A stretch of DNA of 51,151 nucleotides, from IMG/VR virus record IMGVR_UViG_3300046170_000002, positions 1-51,151 of that record; one strand, 5' to 3'. Origin of the DNA: a virus. Lineage: Duplodnaviria > Caudoviricetes. The position numbers were made by a program, and so were the translations under genes. Under the pieces are notes generated by a model that was given only the letters and a program-made list of their open reading frames with translations, was not told the origin of the DNA and searched no databases. Each line of letters opens with the position of its first letter. The first letter of the stretch is position 1. Of the stretch, positions 18,512 to 26,272 are shown piece after piece.

Positions 18512-18675
18512 TGTCTGCATAAAATCTCAAATCTAATCTTAATAGTGAAATTACTTTGTAATTGCTCTTTATGAGGGCAGTCGACCACACCAAAGAAGTT
18601 AAATAAGTTAATTAAGTTAAGATAAAACTCGAGCTTTAAGTTTAAGTCGGTTGGGCTGGTAATTGAGGGCAAATC

Positions 18676-18810
18676 TGTGGATAACTTATCTAAATTTATG
18701 TATATCTTATGTATATCCTGTTAATTACTTGTGGATAAGTATAAATTATCTGTGGATATCCTGTGAATTTAAGTTTAAATTTAAGTTTGAATTTAAGTAT
18801 AATTTTAAGG
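18676..18810. promoter_or_regulatory. DnaA-box array plus AT-rich 12-mer repeats (oriC-like or injection-stop-like)
   Basis: TGTGGATAA at 18676 and 18730, TGTGGATAT at 18751; AATTTAAGTwTr x3 at 18766-18801. Confidence 0.65.
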
Positions 18811-18868
18811 TTGTGTTTAAGTCCTAGCAAACTTAAAGTATAAGTATATCTTAAGTTTGTTAAGACGC

Positions 18869-18896
18869 TTGACTTTTGCCAACGCTTCGCTAAAAT
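18869..18896 (+). promoter_or_regulatory. Early sigma70 promoter
   Basis: TTGACT, 16 nt, TAAAAT; shares upstream CTTAAGTTTGTTAAGA with the promoter at 19272. Confidence 0.65.
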
Positions 18897-18950
18897 GGGT
18901 GTCGGCTCAGCAGGGAACAAACCCCCGCTTAATTTTTAAAACAATCGGAG

Positions 18951-19238
18951 ATGATTATGAAAACGAAATGTAAAAACCCAAATGGTAAATCTAATATGCA
19001 AGTCATTCAAGACTCAAAATTGAGTGCTTTAAAATTTAATAGCCTTGACAAAGTTGAACGGTATATCAATGAGTTAGGCTATGTTTTCAAAGTAAGAAAT
19101 TCTGTTAAAGAAGATAGGTCTGTAATTTATAGACATAAGTTTCCTAAAAATGGACATGTGTTTCTTAAATCAACCTATGACTTTTTGAATGACAACACTA
19201 TGGAAATGGGAACAGTTTGGACGATTAGCAAATTTTAA
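18951..19238 (+). CDS. Early hypothetical protein
   Basis: 95-aa ORF with GGAG Shine-Dalgarno. Confidence 0.65.
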   Translation: MIMKTKCKNPNGKSNMQVIQDSKLSALKFNSLDKVERYINELGYVFKVRNSVKEDRSVIYRHKFPKNGHVFLKSTYDFLNDNTMEMGTVWTISKF

Positions 19239-19271
19239 ATATAAATATATACTTAAGTTTGTTAAGAACCC

Positions 19272-19300
19272 TTGACACCGACCGAGAAAGTTGCTATAAT
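19272..19300 (+). promoter_or_regulatory. Strong early sigma70 promoter
   Basis: Perfect TTGACA, 17 nt, TATAAT with extended -10 TG. Confidence 0.9.
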
Positions 19301-19354
19301 TTGTCGGTCAGCAACCAACCGAGACTTCAAAGTCTCATAAATATAGGAGATATT

Positions 19355-19468
19355 ATGGAAGAACGAGACCACTTAGAATTTTTAGATTTTATGACCGAAC
19401 AGGAATTAAAAGCTGAAACAATTGAAGCTAATAATGAATTAGCTGAAGATATTAACCCAATAGTATAG
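19355..19468 (+). CDS. Small acidic early peptide (37 aa, MEERDHLEF...)
   Basis: AGGAGA Shine-Dalgarno; 12 Asp/Glu versus 2 Lys/Arg. Confidence 0.6.
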   Translation: MEERDHLEFLDFMTEQELKAETIEANNELAEDINPIV

Positions 19469-19477
19469 GAGATAAAC

Positions 19478-19675
19478 ATGGCAGATATTAGATTACACAA
19501 AGTAACTAAAATTGAAATTAAAAAAGTAGACAAAGGTAATGGATATCTTTGTAGAGATATTGTTATTTATAACAAAGAATGGAATAGTGATTTAGGAGAC
19601 TATATAACTATGGAAACAACTTTAGATTTGTTTTTAGAAAATAAGTCTGCAACTAAATTAGTCTACGAGAAATAA
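19478..19675 (+). CDS. Early hypothetical protein
   Basis: 65 aa with AGGAGA Shine-Dalgarno. Confidence 0.65.
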   Translation: MADIRLHKVTKIEIKKVDKGNGYLCRDIVIYNKEWNSDLGDYITMETTLDLFLENKSATKLVYEK

Positions 19676-19792
19676 ATCCGAGAAGATGTAAGGCATAAAT
19701 TATTAAATTAAAAACTGCTTTCTTGAAGATATATAGTGCTAGGTATCACTAAAAAGTGCCTACAATATTAACTAAAAATATGGAGATATATT

Positions 19793-20200
19793 ATGGCGAA
19801 AATCGTCTATGGAAAAAGAAATACTACAACCGTTGATTCAATATATGACTACGGAAGTATAAGTGAAAAAGCTATTTGGAACTATGCAAATAGTCTAGGT
19901 GTAAATATTATTAGAGTTAGAGCTAGTAAAGAAAGATATGAAACTACTACAGGAGATACTTTCAATGGGTATCATTCAGGTAAAGTATCTATCTATCAAC
20001 AAAAGCCTAAACCAAATAAACCTTTACATTTTGTAAGAAGAACACCACTTGGTAAAGACAACAAAGGTATGCAAATACTTGAAGTTGCTGATAATATTGA
20101 TACACAACAAGTTTTAAAAACTTTACAAGACTATGAGTATTATACAACCAATGGTTTCTTTGCTAGGTTGGGTATAACATTCAGAAGAATGTTTGCTTAA
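19793..20200 (+). CDS. Early hypothetical protein
   Basis: 135 aa with GGAGA Shine-Dalgarno. Confidence 0.7.
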   Translation: MAKIVYGKRNTTTVDSIYDYGSISEKAIWNYANSLGVNIIRVRASKERYETTTGDTFNGYHSGKVSIYQQKPKPNKPLHFVRRTPLGKDNKGMQILEVADNIDTQQVLKTLQDYEYYTTNGFFARLGITFRRMFA

Positions 20201-20347
20201 AAGATTTAGTGTTTAACGAGCCTATCATAAAATCCTTAAGTGGTCATAGGTTGAGAGTTGGAGTAAGTGCTAGAAACCGTTTTCCAACACACTAAGAGTG
20301 CTAGGTATCACTTTAAAGTGCCTCTTTTAACTTAATGGAGATAAAAT

Positions 20348-20524
20348 ATGTTTGATGAAATATTAGAATGTGTCATCTGTGAAGGTGATATAGAACAAAA
20401 GAAAACAGAAGATGGTAAAGTATATTGGAATCAAGGAGAAAACGCAGAACCTTATGCAGAAGGTAGATGTTGTTCTTATTGTCATTCAGTATTTGTTTTA
20501 CCTACAAGAATGGAGAGAATATAA
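20348..20524 (+). CDS. Small Cys-rich zinc-finger-like protein (58 aa), not in the ORF track
   Basis: MFDEILECVICEG...GENAEPYAEGRCCSYC; GGAGA Shine-Dalgarno. Confidence 0.7.
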   Translation: MFDEILECVICEGDIEQKKTEDGKVYWNQGENAEPYAEGRCCSYCHSVFVLPTRMERI

Positions 20525-20850
20525 TGCCAAAAAAACAAGTAGGATTTCAGAATCCAAAATACGAAACATATAGATTTATATTTAATTATATATGGGAAGA
20601 TAACGAAGAACTTATACAGCTTTCAACTCATAGTTGTACATTTAATAATGAGAGAGAAGAAGTAAAGATGTTAGAGTATCCTAAACAACAAGCTATGGAA
20701 TTGTTTAAGATAATGGCTACTGCACACTTCTTTAAAGGTAATGCACATAAAAGAATACTTGACTACAATGTAAGTTGTATCATGGAGATATCCTCTAAGA
20801 GTTTAAACAACTCAGCAAGAGGTCATAAAATATATATTGAGGAGGTATAA
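20524..20850 (+). CDS. Early hypothetical protein (start MPKKQVGF)
   Basis: TAATG overlap with the upstream gene. Confidence 0.6.
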   Translation: MPKKQVGFQNPKYETYRFIFNYIWEDNEELIQLSTHSCTFNNEREEVKMLEYPKQQAMELFKIMATAHFFKGNAHKRILDYNVSCIMEISSKSLNNSARGHKIYIEEV

Positions 20851-20851
20851 C

Positions 20852-21013
20852 ATGGGATACGAAGATTTAGCAAATGTAAATAGAGTGATAGAGTTTATAC
20901 ATGAGTATAAGAACTGTGGCTTAAAAGAATCTGGAAGATTAAATGATTTAAATATTGGAGAAGCTATCTCTTATTTAGAAGAGATAAGACAAGAAATAAT
21001 AGATAATATATAG
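20852..21013 (+). CDS. Early hypothetical protein (53 aa, MGYEDLANV...), not in the ORF track
   Basis: GGAGG Shine-Dalgarno; fills the gap exactly. Confidence 0.6.
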   Translation: MGYEDLANVNRVIEFIHEYKNCGLKESGRLNDLNIGEAISYLEEIRQEIIDNI

Positions 21014-21021
21014 GAGAAATT

Positions 21022-21729
21022 ATGAGCTATAAACTATTGAGTTTTAACAACCCTAAAGTTTTGAAGGGTGAGAAGATAAGTAATTACTTAACTGCTATTA
21101 TGCATTTGAGTCCAATCAACACCAAGATATGTCCTTATCAGGACGTTGCAGGGTGCAAGGAAGCCTGTCTAAATACAGCAGGTAGGGGTGGCATTATAAA
21201 AAAGGGTGAAACCACTAATGTCATACAAGAAGCTAGAAAGCGTAAGACTAAATTGTATTTGGAGGACAGAGAAACCTTCATGACTTACCTTATTACAGAC
21301 GTTATGAAGTTTGTAAGATACTGTGAAAAGAAAGATAAGCTTCCTTGCATAAGATTGAATGGCACTAGTGATATACAATGGGAGACTATTAAGATAGACG
21401 GACAAAATATCTTTGATATCTTTCCGACTGTACAATTCTATGATTACACAAAGATACCTACAAGAAAAGTAGACCAACATAAAAACTATCACTTGACATG
21501 GAGCTACTCAGAAGCTAATATGAAGTACGCCAATCTGTTTGACAAGATTGCTTATAACATAGCAGTTGTATTCAATGGTAATATGCCTATACATTTCAAG
21601 GGTAGAGAGGTAGTCAATGGAGATGAAAGTGATTTAAGATTTTTAGATAAGAGCAATGTGATTGTTGGTCTGAAAGCAAAGGGCAAAGCACGTAAAGATA
21701 CTAGTGGCTTTGTAATACAAACTACATAG
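21022..21729 (+). CDS. GP88-like phage protein (Cys-triad, radical-SAM-like fold suspected)
   Basis: ICP...GCKEACL, IRLNGTSDI, FYDYTK, GDESDLRFLD, GLKAKG motifs. Confidence 0.65.
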   Translation: MSYKLLSFNNPKVLKGEKISNYLTAIMHLSPINTKICPYQDVAGCKEACLNTAGRGGIIKKGETTNVIQEARKRKTKLYLEDRETFMTYLITDVMKFVRYCEKKDKLPCIRLNGTSDIQWETIKIDGQNIFDIFPTVQFYDYTKIPTRKVDQHKNYHLTWSYSEANMKYANLFDKIAYNIAVVFNGNMPIHFKGREVVNGDESDLRFLDKSNVIVGLKAKGKARKDTSGFVIQTT

Positions 21730-21737
21730 GAGATAAT

Positions 21738-21875
21738 ATGAAAATAATAGGTTGGAAATTAGTTGCTTATTGGGAAGATGATACTAAAGAAGATGTATCT
21801 CTTGACATGCCTTATTGGGTAACTAAAAGAATAGATAATTTTTTAGATGAATTAGAGGAGGAAAATGATGAGTAA
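21738..21875 (+). CDS. Small acidic hypothetical protein (45 aa), not in the ORF track
   Basis: AGGAGA Shine-Dalgarno; MKIIGWKLVAYWEDD... Confidence 0.55.
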   Translation: MKIIGWKLVAYWEDDTKEDVSLDMPYWVTKRIDNFLDELEEENDE

Positions 21876-22068
21876 TATACACAACGAACAAACACAAGAA
21901 CAAATATATGAAAAAATATATGAACAAGTTTTAGAAGATGATTCTAAAGGCTTATTAGAAACTGAAATAAGAGACATGCAACTTATATATAATTTGCACC
22001 CTGATGATGATAGAGAAGAAATACTATGCTTCATAGCTGAAAGTATTTATTATAACCAACACAACTAA
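21865..22068 (+). CDS. Acidic hypothetical protein
   Basis: GGAGG Shine-Dalgarno; 67 aa. Confidence 0.6.
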   Translation: MMSNIHNEQTQEQIYEKIYEQVLEDDSKGLLETEIRDMQLIYNLHPDDDREEILCFIAESIYYNQHN

Positions 22069-22077
22069 GGAGAAAAT

Positions 22078-22314
22078 ATGAAAACTAAAATATTAAAAAG
22101 TAAAGTACTTGTTGACATGAGTGTTAGTGAGTATGATACTATGTTTAAATATATAGGTAAACTTGAAAGTATGTTAAATACTTTACATGAGACAAATGAT
22201 TTGTGGTTGTCTGATGTTCATAATTTAAGCAGTCTTAAATGGGAATTGGTAGAGATGTTAGATGCTGAATGGGATTCAAGTACTTATAGATATGTAAAGA
22301 GAGGTAATAAATAA
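22078..22314 (+). CDS. Hypothetical protein
   Basis: AAGGAG Shine-Dalgarno; 78 aa. Confidence 0.6.
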   Translation: MKTKILKSKVLVDMSVSEYDTMFKYIGKLESMLNTLHETNDLWLSDVHNLSSLKWELVEMLDAEWDSSTYRYVKRGNK

Positions 22315-22315
22315 T

Positions 22316-22663
22316 ATGAAAGCAATACTAATAAATCCATATGATGCAACAATAAAAACAACTGAATACACAGGAGACTATAGAGAAATCTATGACCTTA
22401 TAGGGTGTAGAAGTTTTGACTGTGTTCGTATCTATGAGACACAAGATATGTATATTGATGATGAAGGTTTACTTATGGATAATCAAAGATACTTTACTAT
22501 GAATGATAGAGTATATGCAGGTAAGGCTTTATTACTATCTCACAATGATGAGGGAGAAACAACAGGTACAAATTTAGATTTACAAATGGTTGAAGATATG
22601 GTAGAATGGTTACCTGAAGGACACAAAGAAACTCCTTACATGGAGTTCGTAGCATGGAAATAA
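22316..22663 (+). CDS. DUF3846-like protein
   Basis: MKAILINP...YIDDEGLL...YAGKALL pattern. Confidence 0.6.
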   Translation: MKAILINPYDATIKTTEYTGDYREIYDLIGCRSFDCVRIYETQDMYIDDEGLLMDNQRYFTMNDRVYAGKALLLSHNDEGETTGTNLDLQMVEDMVEWLPEGHKETPYMEFVAWK

Positions 22664-22664
22664 T

Positions 22665-22928
22665 ATGAACGCAAAACAAATTAAGAAACTTAGAAAGCTA
22701 GTCAAACCTATACAGGTTGAGTGGCTACAAACTTTATTGCCTGATGAACAAGCCATGACTATTACAGTTGATAATGTTGAGGGATTACTTCCTGAACAAA
22801 CACATGCTTTTGGTCAAGGGCAATTACATATGTCATACATGACAGACAAGTGGATAATGAAATACTTAAAACAATATCCAAACATAACAACATACAAAGA
22901 ACTGATGGAGGTATCAGACAATGGATGA
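22665..22928 (+). CDS. Hypothetical protein
   Basis: 87 aa in a tightly packed operon. Confidence 0.6.
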   Translation: MNAKQIKKLRKLVKPIQVEWLQTLLPDEQAMTITVDNVEGLLPEQTHAFGQGQLHMSYMTDKWIMKYLKQYPNITTYKELMEVSDNG

Positions 22929-23193
22929 ATACGTAATAGATGTAGTAATTAATGGAGAAGCAGATAGTCTTAAGACTTGGTGTAGCTCTGTGTATTCTGC
23001 TGTTGATAGTATGATAGGTATAGACATGGTTGAGGATATCAAAACAATCACAAGAACTTTAGATGGTAAAGTATGGGATGTAAAAGATATGGACATTGAC
23101 TACTTAAGAAACTTAAAAGAAAACATAGACGAGTCTGTATTGTCTGATGCTTTTAAAACAATAGAGGACTTAGCTCATGACTCAACACACTGA
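22921..23193 (+). CDS. Acidic hypothetical protein
   Basis: GGAGG Shine-Dalgarno; 90 aa. Confidence 0.6.
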   Translation: MDEYVIDVVINGEADSLKTWCSSVYSAVDSMIGIDMVEDIKTITRTLDGKVWDVKDMDIDYLRNLKENIDESVLSDAFKTIEDLAHDSTH

Positions 23194-23374
23194 TAGAGTA
23201 CAGAAACAAAAAGAAAGATTAGAACAAGAAAGACTTGATAACTCTATAAAATTTATAGAGGTTAGATTTGCAGAGGGTAAGTGGACAACAGAAACTACAG
23301 GATATAATAGTGGTAGAGTTGTCACTAAATATAATGATAAAAGAAAAAAGGATAAGATAGAAAATGAAATTTAA
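23177..23374 (+). CDS. Hypothetical protein
   Basis: GAGG Shine-Dalgarno; 65 aa. Confidence 0.55.
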   Translation: MTQHTDRVQKQKERLEQERLDNSIKFIEVRFAEGKWTTETTGYNSGRVVTKYNDKRKKDKIENEI

Positions 23375-23513
23375 TATTAAAGATATAAACTATATAGGAA
23401 TAATTATTGCTTTGTTGATTGCTTTGATTGGATTAAATATAGATACAAAAAATAAACAAGATGAAAGATGTTGGAATATGTTAAAAGAAATAGCAAACAG
23501 TACGGAGATATAA
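23364..23513 (+). CDS. Small single-pass membrane protein (49 aa), not in the ORF track
   Basis: MKFNIKDINYIGIIIALLIALIGLNI...; overlaps both neighbours in coupling geometry. Confidence 0.5.
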   Translation: MKFNIKDINYIGIIIALLIALIGLNIDTKNKQDERCWNMLKEIANSTEI

Positions 23514-23719
23514 TGGAAACTAAATTTAAAAAATTAACTGAAGATGAGTATAGAAACTTTGAAGCTTGGATAAGAGAGAACGGTAAAGAACTATATGAAA
23601 ACAAAATAGCTTACGAAGTTAGGTGGGGCAAAGATGATGACACTTATACTGTAAGACTATGTGATGAAAGTAGTTATACATTAAATGATATAATGCTTGA
23701 CATCGAGGACAAAAGCTGA
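23513..23719 (+). CDS. Hypothetical protein (start METKFKK)
   Basis: GGAGA Shine-Dalgarno and TAATG coupling. Confidence 0.55.
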   Translation: METKFKKLTEDEYRNFEAWIRENGKELYENKIAYEVRWGKDDDTYTVRLCDESSYTLNDIMLDIEDKS

Positions 23720-23725
23720 TACAAT
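23697..23725 (+). promoter_or_regulatory. Sigma70 promoter for the replication operon
   Basis: TTGACA, 17 nt, TACAAT with extended TG. Confidence 0.8.
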
Positions 23726-23805
23726 GTGCAACATGACATCGAGCAACCAAAGAACTTTAAGCCCTCTATCTCCAAATGTAAACGATTTGGTTTGGCTTCA
23801 GTCCA

Positions 23806-23836
23806 TGACTCCGAGAGTAGTCAGCTCGAAACTCTC
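23806..23836 (+). promoter_or_regulatory. H-type pseudoknot in the SSB mRNA leader
   Basis: S1 TGACT/AGTCA, S2 GAGAGT/ACTCTC, loops of 2, 0 and 7 nt. Confidence 0.6.
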
Positions 23837-23878
23837 TCAATTTTTAACGAACTATTAACTAAACCGTAGGAGGTAAAT

Positions 23879-24292
23879 ATGATAGTAGAAGGAACTGCGT
23901 ATTGGGCAAGTATTAAAGAGCCTAATACCACATTTGAACCTATGTACACAGTCAACTTAGTTGTTGATGAAGAGACTGCAAGTGACTTTGCAACTCGTGG
24001 ACATACCATTAAGCAGATGGACGAAGGTTCTGCTATAGTAATCAAACGTAAAGTCAATGGACCAAATGGAATGGTCAGGGTTGCACCTAGATTACTAGAC
24101 CAAAACAAACAGGAAGTTAATCTTGCTGTAGGTAATGGTTCTAAGGTCAGAGTCCAATACAATGAATACGATTGGGAGTATGCAGGTAAGGCAGGGAAAG
24201 GTCTTGACTTACAAGCTGTTCAGATTGTAGACTTGGTAGAGTATAAATCATCTGATGGCTCTGAATTTTTTGACGATGACGAGGAATTTTAA
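23879..24292 (+). CDS. Single-stranded DNA-binding protein (T7 gp2.5-like)
   Basis: VGNGSKV...LQAVQIVDLVEY and acidic tail ending in Phe (FFDDDEEF). Confidence 0.85.
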   Translation: MIVEGTAYWASIKEPNTTFEPMYTVNLVVDEETASDFATRGHTIKQMDEGSAIVIKRKVNGPNGMVRVAPRLLDQNKQEVNLAVGNGSKVRVQYNEYDWEYAGKAGKGLDLQAVQIVDLVEYKSSDGSEFFDDDEEF

Positions 24293-24293
24293 T

Positions 24294-24557
24294 ATGATTA
24301 TTACTATTAAAAATGATGACGGTGAATCAGTCTATGATGTTTCAAAGATTGAAGATGAGCAGAAAAGAGCAGGTGCTAATGTATCTATCAGTAAGATAGG
24401 TACTTTGAATGTGTTGGTCGAAGCTTTGAACTATGCTTCACAAGGTCATCAAAATAATCTTGAAGCTGTGCTAAAGGAAAGTCCTGAAGCAGTAGTTGAA
24501 CAAGATGATAAAGAAGAAACTTCAACCGAAGAGGAATCTTTAAACGAGGTATCTTAA
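24294..24557 (+). CDS. Acidic hypothetical protein (start MIITIKND)
   Basis: ATG just after the SSB stop; GAGG Shine-Dalgarno. Confidence 0.55.
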   Translation: MIITIKNDDGESVYDVSKIEDEQKRAGANVSISKIGTLNVLVEALNYASQGHQNNLEAVLKESPEAVVEQDDKEETSTEEESLNEVS

Positions 24558-24607
24558 TATAACTCGGCTAGGTGTAAAAGCCTAGCCACATTTCTAATGG
24601 AGATAGA

Positions 24608-26272
24608 ATGCAACAAGAAAGAACTCAATTTATTAAACACAAATTACCCTGCCCTAAATGTAGTAGCAGTGATGCTGTATCTCTCAATGAGAATGGCTCT
24701 GCTAAATGCTTTAGTTGTAATACATTCTTTACAGACTATGAGAATGAATCAACAGGAAAGGTAATTGAAATGACAAGTAAACCCAAACCCGATAACACAT
24801 TTCTTACATCATACACTGGTGCTTATGGTGCTTTGACTGACAGAGGTATCTCTGAAAACACAGCAACTAAGTTTGGTGTTAAGATAGTCAAGGATAGAAA
24901 CAATAATGTTGCCCAACATATTTACCCATACTTTAATGGTAATGAAGTTGTTGGTACTAAGACAAGGTTTGTATCTAACAAAGGCTTCACATGTAATGGA
25001 ACATTCGAGGACACAGGTTTGTTTGGAGAACAACTGTGTGGAAACACAGGTGGTAAGTACCTGACTATTACCGAAGGAGAGTGTGATGCTATGGCAGTAC
25101 ATGAACTCTTCCAAGGTAAGTGGTCGGTAGTATCTTTAAAGCGTGGGGCTTCCTCTGCTGTTAGAGATATACGAGAGAGTATTGAATTTGTAGAATCATT
25201 TGATAATGTAGTTCTATGTTTTGATAATGACAAGGCAGGTAAAGATGCAGCTAAAGCTGTAGCTAAAATACTTAAGCCTAACAAAACTAGAATCATGTCA
25301 TTCCCAAATGGATTCAAAGATGCAAACGAAATGCTTAAACAGAAGAAGTTCCAAGAGTTTACCCAAGCTTGGTGGAACTCTAAAACATACACTCCTTCAG
25401 GTATCATGGAGCTATCATCTCAAAAGAATGATTGGCTACATAGAGAAGAGAAAGAGAGTATTGCATATCCTTGGGAGGGACTGAACAAGAAACTCTATGG
25501 TATGCGTAAAGGAGAACTGGTAACACTTACAGGTGGTACAGGTCTCGGTAAGTCTAGTGTGACAAGAGAACTAGAACACTGGCTTATTAAGAATACAGAA
25601 GACAATGTAGGTATCGTAGCACTTGAAGAGAACTGGCTAAGAACTGCTGATGGTATTTTATCTATCGAAGCTAACGACAGGATATACTTATCAGAGAAGC
25701 GTAAGAATTATACAGACGATGACCTCATGAGTTTGTTTGATAAGACTATACCTGAAGGTAGAGTGTTTATCCATTCTCATTTAGGTGCTACTGACATTGA
25801 TGATATCTTTGCCAAGCTTAGATATATTATTGTAGGATGTGAATGTAAATGGGTCGTAGTTGACCACTTACATATGCTTGTCAATGTTCTTCATGAAGGT
25901 GATGAAAGACGTGGTATTGATATGCTAATGAATAGATTACGTAGTCTTGTTGAAGAGACTGGTGTAGGTATGATATTAGTATCTCACTTACGTAGAGCAG
26001 CAGGTGATAAAGGACATGAGCAAGGTATCGAAGTATCATTGTCCCACCTTAAAGGCTCACAAGGTATAGCACAGCTATCGGATTGTGTAATTGCACTGGA
26101 AAGAAATCAACAGGCAACTAATCCGGAAGAAGCTAACACCACAAAAGTAAGGGTACTAAAGTCTAGATATACAGGGGACACAGGATTAGCTTGTGGTCTC
26201 CGATATAATTCTGATACAGGTAGACTTTTTGAAGTATCAGAGGAGGAAACATTTGACAATGAACAATTCTAA
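24608..26272 (+). CDS. DNA primase-helicase (T7 gp4-like)
   Basis: Zn finger CPKC...CFSC, TOPRIM ITEGECDA and FDND, Walker A GGTGLGKS, VVDHL, LKSRYTG. Confidence 0.95.
   Translation: MQQERTQFIKHKLPCPKCSSSDAVSLNENGSAKCFSCNTFFTDYENESTGKVIEMTSKPKPDNTFLTSYTGAYGALTDRGISENTATKFGVKIVKDRNNNVAQHIYPYFNGNEVVGTKTRFVSNKGFTCNGTFEDTGLFGEQLCGNTGGKYLTITEGECDAMAVHELFQGKWSVVSLKRGASSAVRDIRESIEFVESFDNVVLCFDNDKAGKDAAKAVAKILKPNKTRIMSFPNGFKDANEMLKQKKFQEFTQAWWNSKTYTPSGIMELSSQKNDWLHREEKESIAYPWEGLNKKLYGMRKGELVTLTGGTGLGKSSVTRELEHWLIKNTEDNVGIVALEENWLRTADGILSIEANDRIYLSEKRKNYTDDDLMSLFDKTIPEGRVFIHSHLGATDIDDIFAKLRYIIVGCECKWVVVDHLHMLVNVLHEGDERRGIDMLMNRLRSLVEETGVGMILVSHLRRAAGDKGHEQGIEVSLSHLKGSQGIAQLSDCVIALERNQQATNPEEANTTKVRVLKSRYTGDTGLACGLRYNSDTGRLFEVSEEETFDNEQF

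Larger units (their letters stand above)
17287..18542. repeat. Long imperfect inverted repeat (arms about 17287-17878 and 17941-18542)
   Basis: Colinear exact reverse-complement blocks, e.g. CTTTCATCTTTAGCAAGACTAT (17463-17484) vs ATAGTCTTGCTAAAGATGAAAG; CATTTTAGCCTGAGAAA (17761-17777) vs TTTCTCAGGCTAAAATG (18050-18066); TAGATTTGAGATT (17291-17303) vs AATCTCAAATCTA (18523-18535). Confidence 0.95.

Noticed and set aside
18472-18920. Minus-strand ORFs 18472-18672 and 18696-18920
   Set aside because: Translate repeat and DnaA-box DNA (LKFKLKFKLKF, YPQ repeats); no Shine-Dalgarno
20206-20295. Canonical hammerhead ribozyme
   Set aside because: Core reads TTAACGA/TGAGA and lacks the UH cleavage site; kept only as a generic structured-RNA candidate
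16980-20340. tRNA genes in the intergenic regions
   Set aside because: No cloverleaf with a T-loop GTTCRA and acceptor stem was found by eye; tRNAscan-SE would settle it
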